Shown in pieces: positions 19,798-28,340 of a stretch of 64,000 nt of DNA (position 1 is its first letter; each line of letters begins with the position of its first letter). Location: positions 4,108 to 68,107 of the forward strand of contig DIXO01000009.1 in NCBI GenBank assembly GCA_002428735.1, given 5' to 3'. The notes under the pieces are model-generated. The model was not told where the DNA came from and ran no database searches. It worked only from the letters and a program-made list of their open reading frames with translations. A program made the translations under genes and the position numbers. The stretch comes from Syntrophaceae bacterium UBA6078. Its GTDB lineage: Bacteria > Desulfobacterota > Syntrophia > Syntrophales > UBA2210.

Positions 19798-21024
19798 CTA
19801 TAGCTCTTCCTTCCAGCTTAATACCCGCAAGGGGGCGTTTTGTGTTTGATTGTTGACCGCCGAACTGCAATAGATGATATTCACACCGCCGGCGATTGTC
19901 GTGTCGACCTCCGCGTCCAGGGATGAACCGGTTACGATGGCGCCGGTGACGTTCTTGTCCCCGCCGCCGGTAAATCTGATCGATCCCGTGGCGACCACAA
20001 TCCCGTACCATGAAAAACCGCCGCTGATTTCAAGATCGCCCTCCACGAGCAGTATGCCGCACCCCGCAGTCCCACCGCTGAACTTTACATATGTGTCCTG
20101 TGTGTCGTAGTAAACGATATTGCTCGTGTTGCAGGAAGTTGGATCCGCTTGAGTCGTTCCGGCTGTCGGCGTTCCCCAGCCGTCCCCCGGGCCCGGGATT
20201 TGAGTGCCTGTTATGGTTACACTATTGACGGTATAGGCGAAATCATGGGCATCCCTGATGGAATCAATCATGCTCTGGATATCCAGATCCGTGCTGCCGT
20301 ATGCGATGCCGTCAGGCGAGCCCTCAATGGTGGGGTTGCCGTTCGCCGTAATCGAATCGGCAGTGCCGGTGGTGACAATACCCGGTTTGTCGGAAGTGCC
20401 GCAGGCATCCGTGCCGACAATAGTTGTGCTATTACCGTTAATCGTCGTGTTGTCTTCGACGTAAAGACTGCCCGGGACCGTTATGGGAGGGACCCGTGCC
20501 ACCTCCGCCGTGATTGTCTTGGCGGAGCCGCTGGAAGATCCATAGCTGGTCACAAGATAGATATTCTGACCGGTAGAGGTGTTTCGCTCGCTGACTCCGT
20601 CGCTGTCGGAATCGCCCCAGTAGAGGATATTCCCCGATGCGTCCGTCTGATGTCGGATGGTTACAACGTAATCCAGGTCGGACTGGAGGCTGCTCACCTT
20701 GACATGCATGGTATTTCCGCTGTCGTAGCCTTTCCCCTGTGCCTTTACGTCGGTCCCCATATAGGCCCTCCACTGGTCCGAGGTTGGATGGCTATCAGTG
20801 ATAGGGCTTGTCGCGTATATCCGAAGCCTGGCCCGCGCCTCTTCAATCCCGGCTTCAGCCGCGTACAGGGCCTCTGTACCCGTCTTGTAATTTTTACCGA
20901 TTTTGAGATCCGTTGAGGTTTGCATGACGGCCGTCGTCCCTACGATAATCAATGCGGCGATCAAGAGGAGAACCGTCACCAGTATCATCCCCTTTTCGTT
21001 CATTGGTGATGTGCCTTCGTTCAT
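19798..21024 (-). CDS. PilX-N-terminal-domain type IV pilus minor component
   Basis: Contains GMILVTVLLLIAALIIVGTTAVMQTSTDLKIGKNY...ALYAAEAGIEEARARL, a PilX-like N-terminus. It is the last gene of the minor-pilin operon. Confidence 0.65.
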   Translation of the reverse strand: MNEGTSPMNEKGMILVTVLLLIAALIIVGTTAVMQTSTDLKIGKNYKTGTEALYAAEAGIEEARARLRIYATSPITDSHPTSDQWRAYMGTDVKAQGKGYDSGNTMHVKVSSLQSDLDYVVTIRHQTDASGNILYWGDSDSDGVSERNTSTGQNIYLVTSYGSSSGSAKTITAEVARVPPITVPGSLYVEDNTTINGNSTTIVGTDACGTSDKPGIVTTGTADSITANGNPTIEGSPDGIAYGSTDLDIQSMIDSIRDAHDFAYTVNSVTITGTQIPGPGDGWGTPTAGTTQADPTSCNTSNIVYYDTQDTYVKFSGGTAGCGILLVEGDLEISGGFSWYGIVVATGSIRFTGGGDKNVTGAIVTGSSLDAEVDTTIAGGVNIIYCSSAVNNQTQNAPLRVLSWKEEL

Positions 21025-21034
21025 AGCGATCTCC

Positions 21035-21682
21035 TTACAGGCCGAGATTTCTCGGGGTGATAACCGACGAGAGGGTGTATGTTCGGTAACCGCCGTTTGT
21101 GGTGTACTTCGGATCGGGTTTCGAGGTCCGTGCCACGATAGTCACCTTCACCCTGCGTACGTTTGCCGCGGTGGTAGTGGCGGCGCCGGCCGCATCCCAG
21201 TATTCGAATGCGAGAGATTGAACATGCTCTGCAACCGGTTGATTGGTGGCGCTTGCCGTCGACTTTCGTCCGAGTTTCTGTATGCCGTCCGTCGTATAGA
21301 GGGAGTAAGTGACGTATTCATTGGAATCGCCCGTGTCTCCGTCGGGAGACCCGGTTCCTCCGTCATCCGTTGTATCGAGAGTAAAGGTGAGAGAGTTGGA
21401 TGAAGCGCTCACAATCCCCGCCGATGCCGAGCCGGTCGGATCGTACCCCGCCATGCGTATCTCTCTGGTCATGATGTCCATGGCAACCCTGGCAGTCTGC
21501 TGCATCTCGGCGATCTGCTCCTGTATTCCGAAGGCTTTGCCGTGGAGGGTAAAGACGCCGTACATGGCGCCCAGGATGAGGAGACCAATCGCCATGGCGA
21601 CGAGCAATTCGATAAGGGAGAATCCACCATCGCAGTTCCCGCGCCGATTCCTGTTTTTTTTGTGTACCGTTTCCATCGTCAT
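21035..21682 (-). CDS. PilW-like prepilin-type minor pilin
   Basis: Prepilin cleavage/methylation motif G-FSLIELLVAMAIG, followed by ARVAMDIMTREIRMAGYDP, typical of PilW. Confidence 0.75.
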   Translation of the reverse strand: MTMETVHKKNRNRRGNCDGGFSLIELLVAMAIGLLILGAMYGVFTLHGKAFGIQEQIAEMQQTARVAMDIMTREIRMAGYDPTGSASAGIVSASSNSLTFTLDTTDDGGTGSPDGDTGDSNEYVTYSLYTTDGIQKLGRKSTASATNQPVAEHVQSLAFEYWDAAGAATTTAANVRRVKVTIVARTSKPDPKYTTNGGYRTYTLSSVITPRNLGL

Positions 21683-22041
21683 TTAGCCGCTATTGTCTTA
21701 AGGGTCACGTTGCGCGTGGAGCCCTTCCATGTAAACTGTACCGCCACCTGGATGGTTTTCATCCCATCGGCCGGAGAGTCGGCGGTGACGGTCCATGTCC
21801 GTGTATAGATGGAGTCCTGTGTGTCGGAACTCGATCCGAGGTTCGGATACGTCGTGTTTTTCAGTTCTTCTATTTTGTCCTGGGCCAGTGTCGTGGCAAC
21901 CGTCATCTCTTTGGCCAGGGTGTTCCCGTTGATCACCATTGTCGCGACGCCCGCGACGCCCAGCAGACCGACAACGATGACCAGAATGGCGATCATGACC
22001 TCTATAAGAGTAAATCCGTTGGAATCAGCTATCCTTTTCAT
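21679..22041 (-). CDS. PilV-like prepilin-type minor pilin
   Basis: Motif NG-FTLIEVMIAILVIVVGLLG, followed by ATTLAQDKIEELKN. I chose the start at MKRIADS (22041). Confidence 0.75.
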   Translation of the reverse strand: MKRIADSNGFTLIEVMIAILVIVVGLLGVAGVATMVINGNTLAKEMTVATTLAQDKIEELKNTTYPNLGSSSDTQDSIYTRTWTVTADSPADGMKTIQVAVQFTWKGSTRNVTLKTIAAK

Positions 22042-22052
22042 CTGTTGTTCCT

Positions 22053-22505
22053 CTACTGTATCTTCACCCGTCCCGCCGTTGAAACACTGACGGACTTCGA
22101 TCCGCTGGTATTTGTCAGGGTGACCGTTGTTCCCCACGCTGTTCCGCGGGGATAGAAAATCGGATGTGCGGACGCGCTCAAGGTCACACCGGGATAGTCG
22201 CTCTGGATATCCTTCGTGACGCTCGTTTCGCCGGTGTCTTCGGTACCGTTGTTGTTTTCATCATCGAGCACCTTATACTGATGGGTATCCAGAAAAAACA
22301 CCTTGAACTGGTTGTTCTCGCTGACCGCCTTCATCCGCGCGTCCATGAGGTCCGTCATGACCTGCCGCGCCGCTCCGTTCAACCGGCGCTGCGCCATGTA
22401 CGTCTGAAAATTAGGCGCTGCGATGGCGGCGATGATCGCCAAGAGGGCGATCACGATCATCATCTCTACAAGGGTAAATCCTCTTTTGTCAGCGTGTCGT
22501 GTCAT
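22053..22505 (-). CDS. FimT/GspH-like prepilin-type minor pilin
   Basis: Motif RG-FTLVEMMIVIALLAIIAAIAAPNF, followed by RRLNGAARQVMTDL. I chose the start MTRHADK at 22505, which overlaps the pilD stop. Confidence 0.75.
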   Translation of the reverse strand: MTRHADKRGFTLVEMMIVIALLAIIAAIAAPNFQTYMAQRRLNGAARQVMTDLMDARMKAVSENNQFKVFFLDTHQYKVLDDENNNGTEDTGETSVTKDIQSDYPGVTLSASAHPIFYPRGTAWGTTVTLTNTSGSKSVSVSTAGRVKIQ

Positions 22506-23278
22506 CGAAGAAATATCCACCTCATAAAGGCCTCGCCACAGAAGATATACGCGACAGCGGCGGCGGAAAGAAAAGGGCCGAAGGGGATGGCGTATTTTGT
22601 GTCCTTTCCCTTCCATATCATGGCAGTTATTCCTGCAGCCGCTCCGATCAGGGAGGCCACCATGATGGTAAACCAGAGGGACTGCCATCCCAGAAATCCT
22701 CCAATCATGGCCAGGAGCTTGATGTCGCCCCCACCCATCCCCTCTCGTTTTCTCAAAAACTGATATCCCATGGCAATCAAAAAGAGAAATCCTCCTCCCG
22801 CGACGATGCCGATCAGGGAGTCCCTGATCGTGATATCCATGAATATAATGGCCGCCAGCGCGAAGAACGGTATCCCGGGGAGGGTGATCACATCGGGGAT
22901 GATCTGGTGCCTGAAGTCAATAAAGGTGATGACGATGAGGGAGCATGTGAACAGAAAGGCGAAGAGGTAGTGGAGCGACAGGCCGTATCTCAGGAAGAGG
23001 AGCACGGACATGACGGCGGTCAGGAGTTCAACGGTCGGATAGACAGGGGATATTTTTTCATGGCAGTTGCGGCATTTTCCTCCCAATATCACGTAGCTGA
23101 TTATCGGTATATTGTCATAGAACTTGAGGGAATATCCGCAGGAGGTGCAGTGAGAAGCCGGCAGCACGATGGAGCCTCCCGAAGGAATCCGGTAGATGCA
23201 TACGTTGAGAAAGCTTCCGACGACGGCGCCCACAATCGCCAAAAAAATTCCCATAAGATATTCCGCGCAAAGTCCCAT
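22502..23278 (-). CDS. pilD: prepilin peptidase / N-methyltransferase (A24 family)
   Basis: Contains GSFLNVCIYRIP, the zinc-knuckle Cys pairs CTSCGYSL...CRNCHEKIS, and GMGGGDIKLLAMIG bearing the catalytic Asp. Confidence 0.9.
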   Translation of the reverse strand: MGLCAEYLMGIFLAIVGAVVGSFLNVCIYRIPSGGSIVLPASHCTSCGYSLKFYDNIPIISYVILGGKCRNCHEKISPVYPTVELLTAVMSVLLFLRYGLSLHYLFAFLFTCSLIVITFIDFRHQIIPDVITLPGIPFFALAAIIFMDITIRDSLIGIVAGGGFLFLIAMGYQFLRKREGMGGGDIKLLAMIGGFLGWQSLWFTIMVASLIGAAAGITAMIWKGKDTKYAIPFGPFLSAAAVAYIFCGEAFMRWIFLR

Positions 23279-23356
23279 TCAGCCCTCGCAGGTTTATGAA
23301 CTCTCGCAACTGGCACATTTGTTTTGGGAAATGTATACTAAAGATACCCGGTGAAC

Positions 23357-23376
23357 GCAATGAAGCGCTTCATTGC
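23357..23376 (-). terminator. hairpin downstream of the crp/fnr-family gene
   Basis: Perfect 9-bp inverted repeat GCAATGAAG-CG-CTTCATTGC. The flanking T-tract is weak, so function is uncertain. Confidence 0.35.
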
Positions 23377-23407
23377 CCGGGTGTGAAGCATATCACAGGG
23401 GGCGCTG

Positions 23408-24097
23408 TTACAGACGGGCCCGTTTCTCAAGTCGTTCCATATCGAGTATCTGAAGGGTGTCCCCTTCGGCATTGACCAATCCTTTTTCTCGTAGCACTCT
23501 CAATTCCTTGTTGATGCTTTCCCGTGTCGTGCCAACGATGCTCGCGAGATCTCTCTGGGTAAGACGCAGGCCGATCTCGACAGGGCCTCCCTCTTCAGCC
23601 GCGCTGCCGTATTTTCTGCCTAACTCCACGAGCCTTCGGGCGAACCGCGTCGGGATATTGAGAAAATGGGCGTCCTCGAGAAGTTCATCCGTCCTGCGCA
23701 ACTGCATGGAAAGATATGAAAAGATCGCCACGATGGCCCCCTCGTTACCCGTCAGGAATGCGATAAAATCTCCTCTGTTCAGGGCCAGCAGTTCGGAAGG
23801 CTCAAGGGCGATCACATCGGCCGAGCGGGGCATACCGTCCAGAAGCGCCAGCTCGCCGAAGAAATCTCCCTTGGACAGGATCGCGGCCGCAACCTCGTCG
23901 CCCATTTCCGAGGGAAGAACAATCTTGACACTCCCCGCTTTTACTATATACAGTGTGGAACCTTCGTCACCCTTGCGGAAGAGCGCTTCCCCTTTTTTCA
24001 GGGAACGGCGTTTGAGCGAGGCGGCGAGGGATTCCCTGTCGCTGTCGCTGAGGGATTGAAAGAGGGATACCCCCTGTAAGAACTCTTCAGGTTTCAT
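23408..24097 (-). CDS. Crp/Fnr-family transcriptional regulator
   Basis: It has a cNMP-binding beta-barrel (GDEGSTLYIVKAGSVKI, GDFFGELALLDG.PRSA) and a C-terminal HTH (TQRDLASIVGTTRESINKELR). I chose the start MKPEEF at 24097. Confidence 0.85.
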   Translation of the reverse strand: MKPEEFLQGVSLFQSLSDSDRESLAASLKRRSLKKGEALFRKGDEGSTLYIVKAGSVKIVLPSEMGDEVAAAILSKGDFFGELALLDGMPRSADVIALEPSELLALNRGDFIAFLTGNEGAIVAIFSYLSMQLRRTDELLEDAHFLNIPTRFARRLVELGRKYGSAAEEGGPVEIGLRLTQRDLASIVGTTRESINKELRVLREKGLVNAEGDTLQILDMERLEKRARL

Positions 24098-24293
24098 AAT
24101 AGTATATGCACCGTAAATCCTTTGTGTCCTCACGGAGAGAAGAACATGCCGCAGGCTATCTTTCGGAGGATACCTGTGCCCGTATGCGGCACTGAAGATA
24201 AAGTATAGACAATACGCTACGGCAAGTCAAAAAATATCTTTGAAGGAGGAAATCTCCGCCGCGGGGGTTCCCTGATCGAACGGAGGGCACGAG

Positions 24294-24695
24294 ATGAACC
24301 AGTTTACGGTACGAACCGGCTCGCGGTTCGAAATGATCGACATTACGGGAGAGATACGCTCTATCCTGAAGAAAAGCGGGATGATGGAGGGGGTGTGTCA
24401 TCTGTTTGTGCCCCATACCACCACCGCCGTCACCATCAATGAAAACGCAGACCCCGATGTGCCGAAAGATATTCTGGCTGAGCTGGATAAGATCGTTCCG
24501 CTGCATGATGCCTACCGGCATATGGAGGTAAATTCCGCCGCCCATATCAAGGCATCCCTGTTCGGTTCTTCCGAGACTCTCCTCGTGGAAGGGGGGAGCC
24601 TGATTCTGGGGACCTGGCAGTCGGTCTTCTTCTGCGAATTCGACGGCCCGCGGACGAGAAAGGTCCTGGTTGAGTGTGTTCCCCATCCTCGTTGA
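24294..24695 (+). CDS. yjbQ: YjbQ-family (UPF0047) secondary thiamine-phosphate synthase-like protein
   Basis: Contains FVPHTTTAVTINENADPDV and NSAAHIKASLFGSS...GTWQ, the hallmark YjbQ strings. Confidence 0.85.
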   Translation: MNQFTVRTGSRFEMIDITGEIRSILKKSGMMEGVCHLFVPHTTTAVTINENADPDVPKDILAELDKIVPLHDAYRHMEVNSAAHIKASLFGSSETLLVEGGSLILGTWQSVFFCEFDGPRTRKVLVECVPHPR

Positions 24696-24744
24696 GAGCC
24701 CGGCACATCGTCCCGCATTCAAAAACAGGAGAAATACCAACTAT

Positions 24745-25329
24745 ATGAACATGCAGGCATCCTTTATCCTGGCATCCGCCTCGCCCCGCCGCAGGGAACT
24801 GCTTGGCGCGCTGATACCGGGTTTTCAAATAATCCCCAGTGAGGTGGACGAGGAACCGCTGGACGGAGAATCACCGGGCGATCATGTCCTGCGGCTCGCG
24901 AGAGAGAAGGCCCTGGCCGTGTCCCGGGTGTACCCGGACCGCTGGGTCCTGGGGGCGGATACGATTGTGGTCATAGACGGGGAGATGCTGGGCAAGCCCG
25001 AGACGCCCGCGGAGGCCCGGAGGATGCTCGCCAAGCTGAGCGGCCGTGAGCACATGGTTATCACGGGGTTCGCTCTTGTGAAGGGAGATGCTGTCATTGC
25101 CAATGAATGTGTCCGATCCGACGTCCTGTTCAAGGAGATATCCAAGAATGAGATGGAGTGGTACACCCAGACGGATGAGCCATACGACAAGGCAGGGGGG
25201 TACGCTGTCCAGGGGAAAGCGGCTTTTTTCATAAAGGAAATACGCGGCTCGTACACAAACGTCATCGGCCTTCCCCTGTGCGAGGTCGTATCGGCGATGG
25301 AAAAAGAGGGGGTCCTGAAACTGGCGTGA
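24745..25329 (+). CDS. maf: Maf-family nucleoside triphosphate pyrophosphatase
   Basis: Contains ILASASPRRRELL, LGADTIVV and KAGGYAVQGKAAFFIKEIRGSYTNVIGLPL. I chose the start at 24745. Confidence 0.9.
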   Translation: MNMQASFILASASPRRRELLGALIPGFQIIPSEVDEEPLDGESPGDHVLRLAREKALAVSRVYPDRWVLGADTIVVIDGEMLGKPETPAEARRMLAKLSGREHMVITGFALVKGDAVIANECVRSDVLFKEISKNEMEWYTQTDEPYDKAGGYAVQGKAAFFIKEIRGSYTNVIGLPLCEVVSAMEKEGVLKLA

Positions 25330-25458
25330 TTGAGGAGCGAACGGACAGGCTCAGGAAAACAGAACAATCAATCTGTTCCCCTCTCCTTGAAAGTCTGACT
25401 TTGAACTGGGTCGTTTTTCGGGGAAAGGCACGAAGGGTGAGGATGGAAAGGCTTAATA

Positions 25459-26898
25459 GTGAGAGATAAAAGAATCTTGTTAGTAACAGTGCCCATTATG
25501 GATGAAATAGACGGTAAGATTCAGCCGATCATGATGGACAAAACCCGGTCGAATCCCCCCACAGGAGTCTATCTGCTCGCTGGGATTTTGAAAAAGAGCC
25601 GCATTACGTTTCGATTTCTGGATTTGATTGCCGGAGGGGTCTTCGATCTGGAAAATATTGATAAAGATCTCGAGGAGATCGATATCATTGCTCTTCCCGC
25701 CAATTCACTTAATTGGCCCAGCGCATTACTCCTCATCAATCGAGCAAAACAGATTAATCCACAATCGACTATTATCCTCGGAAATATTCACGGCACCATG
25801 TTTCCTGAATATATATTGGCTCATTATCCGGTTGATTATATTCTGCGGGGAGAGGCGGAAATGTCTTTTCGGGCATTGATTGAATGCTTGTTGAAAGGGA
25901 AGGAACCGGACAATATGTCGGGGCTTTGTTTCAAGAAAAAGGGAATGATGTATATTGACCCTATTATCCCGACGCTGACCGAGGAGCAGCTGAATCAAAA
26001 TCTAATTCCTCTTTGGGATATTATCCCTGAGAACGCCTATACATCTCTTTCGATCGAGTCTTCCCGAGGCTGTAAATTCAATTGTCTCTTTTGTTCAATT
26101 CCTTACCGCAGAAATTGGCGTAAACTTTCAGCGTCGGTATTTTATGAACGGTGTCTTGAGTCCATTACGTATAGCCGAAGAACGCGATCAAATGTGCTTT
26201 CGATTATCGATGACTGTTTCACGATTGACAAAAAAAGGATTCTGGATATCGTGAGTTTGTTAAAGAACGAAAACTCCCCCCCTTCATTTACCATGGACGC
26301 CAGGGCATCCGATTTACGCGATGCCGAGTTATGTGCTGCGATTGCTCCTTATGTTAACTCAATGCTGGTTGGGGCGGAACTCGGTTATGAAGCCGGGTTA
26401 AAGAAAATAAGGAAAGGCATCCGGCTTCAAGATATTATTGATTCGGCGTCAAACCTCAATGAGATGGGAATTGCCCATCAAACGGTATTTTCATTCATTA
26501 TTGGGTTTCCTTGGGAACGGTATGATGAAGTGATGCAAACCGTTCAGTTTGCTTTTGAACTTTACGCTCGATATGGAGTAAGAATCTACTTGCAATGGCA
26601 CAATCTTATTCCTGGATCAAAAATCTGGTATTCCTTCCTGAACAATCAACAATTGTCGCTGATGGAATATGATACGATGGGATTTTTCCGCAACAGGAAG
26701 CTTATGGGATTGAGTATTGGCCGCAGTAACAATGAAATATTCAAAATATGCGACCGCGTGTTGTCTGTTATCAATCTATCCCGGATTCAGGACCGGATAG
26801 GCAATCTTAACACCCAATCGATTTCCTTTTCCGTTCCATGGCACCTTGTCGATGATTATTCCCAGTATCTGAGTCAAGAGGAACAACAAAAAACATAA
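25459..26898 (+). CDS. B12-binding-domain radical SAM protein (class B-like)
   Basis: 479 aa. The CX3CX2C motif SSRGCKFNCLFCS lies at 26071-26094 (Cys205/209/212). It is preceded by a Rossmann-like N-terminal domain of about 190 aa, the arrangement seen in B12-binding radical SAM enzymes. GTG start. AT-rich coding sequence. Confidence 0.8.
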   Translation: MRDKRILLVTVPIMDEIDGKIQPIMMDKTRSNPPTGVYLLAGILKKSRITFRFLDLIAGGVFDLENIDKDLEEIDIIALPANSLNWPSALLLINRAKQINPQSTIILGNIHGTMFPEYILAHYPVDYILRGEAEMSFRALIECLLKGKEPDNMSGLCFKKKGMMYIDPIIPTLTEEQLNQNLIPLWDIIPENAYTSLSIESSRGCKFNCLFCSIPYRRNWRKLSASVFYERCLESITYSRRTRSNVLSIIDDCFTIDKKRILDIVSLLKNENSPPSFTMDARASDLRDAELCAAIAPYVNSMLVGAELGYEAGLKKIRKGIRLQDIIDSASNLNEMGIAHQTVFSFIIGFPWERYDEVMQTVQFAFELYARYGVRIYLQWHNLIPGSKIWYSFLNNQQLSLMEYDTMGFFRNRKLMGLSIGRSNNEIFKICDRVLSVINLSRIQDRIGNLNTQSISFSVPWHLVDDYSQYLSQEEQQKT

Positions 26899-26940
26899 AA
26901 ATTTTGACAATTGATAAACTGAAAAAAGGAGGCAAGAAAA

Positions 26941-27276
26941 ATGGCAAAGATTACAGTAAATATTCCGGACAACATTATTCAACTGGGCAAAGATTTGATG
27001 AGCGATGATTCGCTCCGAGACCGGTTTGATGAAAATCCTGTTGAGGTTTTAAATGAATACGGATTCAAACTTCCGGAAGAACTGACCAGTGACAAGCTCA
27101 AAGAGTTCAAGGTAAAAGACATGATTCGCGACATGAAGAGCATGGACCGCACGGCAATGCGCGCCGCAGCAGTTGCTGAAGCGGAAATTGTTGTCGAAGC
27201 GGCAATGACGCCTTATACCTATCCCGTGACAATGGTTGTCGTTGGTGTGGCTGTAGCGACAACAGTAGGCGAATAG
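26941..27276 (+). CDS. 111-aa ORF: candidate RiPP precursor with a Nif11/NHLP-like leader and a Val/Ala/Thr-rich C-terminal core
   Basis: AGGAGG sits 8 nt upstream of the ATG, and the ORF starts 42 nt after the radical SAM stop. The leader-like stretch is DDSLRDRFDENPVEVLNEYGFKLPEEL. The C-terminus is AAAVAEAEIVVEAAMTPYTYPVTMVVVGVAVATTVGE, with no Cys. Confidence 0.55.
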   Translation: MAKITVNIPDNIIQLGKDLMSDDSLRDRFDENPVEVLNEYGFKLPEELTSDKLKEFKVKDMIRDMKSMDRTAMRAAAVAEAEIVVEAAMTPYTYPVTMVVVGVAVATTVGE

Positions 27277-27367
27277 AAATAAACGCCTTGTCAAATAATG
27301 CTGGAATTTGCTCGCTTCCATTGAGGGCTTGATCCGTTCACATGGCTTTGGTTGTTATTGAAATTAT

Positions 27368-27525
27368 GAAAAGTGGAGGGGGGTAAACATGGGACGGGGA
27401 AGGGCGCCTTCTTGATCGGGGAGATTTGCGACTCACACACCACCGCGATCGGTCTCCCCCTGTCCGAGGTGGTCAACGCGATGGAAAGGGTCGGGGGCGC
27501 TCAGACTGGCGTAAGCGGAAGATGA
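27368..27525 (+). pseudogene. relic of a maf 3' end (diverged duplicate of 25186-25329), followed by a duplicated terminator-like hairpin
   Basis: Translating 27391-27525 gives GTGKGAFLIGEICDSHTTAIGLPLSEVVNAMERVGG...*, against the intact Maf C-terminus VQGKAAFFIKEIRGSYTNVIGLPLCEVVSAMEKEG...*. The downstream GGAAAACAGAA...TCTGT.CCC hairpin is also shared (25353-25381 vs 27535-27562). Confidence 0.75.
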
Positions 27526-27713
27526 GGAAAGCCACGGAAAACAGAAAAACAAGTCTGTCCCTTTTTGTTTTATTAAACGTTGGTTCTTAAGAAGTGATAT
27601 GAATGACTTGCAGCCATTATTAAAAAAATATGAAGGCAATCGCGTCATTCGTGGCCTAATTCAGTTGGTGCCATTTGGTATAGGAGGCAATTGACGTTGT
27701 TCTCACCAAGACC

Positions 27714-28283
27714 TTGGAAAATATTCAAGAAGAAAGAGCAGACGCATTTTTTGATGAGTTGGCGGCTGGCAACATCTTTGTTGATGAGGGTCTTCTGAAG
27801 TCTGAAGATTTTTTACATGCATATTATGCAACAACCAAGTTTGCCTTAAATTCTAGAAGGCGAGAAAAAATAAGAATGTTCGCCCGTCTCTTGAAAAGTT
27901 CGCTTACTGATAATGAAATTTCAAACATCGATGAGTATGAAGATTTTCTCAAAATACTAGACGAACTAAGCTATCGCGAACTGATAGCCTTAAGAGTTTT
28001 AGACGAATTTGGATCAACTCCAAGAACCGAAGAGCAAAACGATCTCCAGTGGACAAACCAGTTTTGGGACAAATTCGAAAAACGTCTATCAAGTGAATTG
28101 GGAATACCAACTAATCAACTAACTGATTTTATGAACAGAATAGCACGAACCGGATGTTATGAAATGTTTACGGGTGGATACATGGATTATACTGGAGGAA
28201 AAGGCAAATTAACTCCCACCTACCATAGACTTAGGGGATTTGTTGAAGAAAGCGAAAAGGCCGAACACAAATGGGTCAACTAA
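27714..28283 (+). CDS. hypothetical protein, possibly the frameshifted body of a longer gene starting at ATG 27601
   Basis: 189-aa ORF with only a TTG start and no nearby RBS. A 31-aa ORF (27601-27696, MNDLQPLLKKYEGNRVIRGLIQLVPFGIGGN*) ends 18 nt upstream in another frame and reads like its N-terminus. Confidence 0.45.
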   Translation: MENIQEERADAFFDELAAGNIFVDEGLLKSEDFLHAYYATTKFALNSRRREKIRMFARLLKSSLTDNEISNIDEYEDFLKILDELSYRELIALRVLDEFGSTPRTEEQNDLQWTNQFWDKFEKRLSSELGIPTNQLTDFMNRIARTGCYEMFTGGYMDYTGGKGKLTPTYHRLRGFVEESEKAEHKWVN

Positions 28284-28340
28284 GACGCTCCTTACGTTGT
28301 GTCTGCTACCTCAAGCGTTATTTTTTGTGGAGATAAGATA

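Noticed and set aside
23311-23327. Sigma-54-like TGGCAC-N5-TTTTG sequence between pilD and the crp-family gene.
   Set aside because: The -12 element lacks the GC core. The motif also points along the plus strand, where no gene follows for nearly 1 kb.
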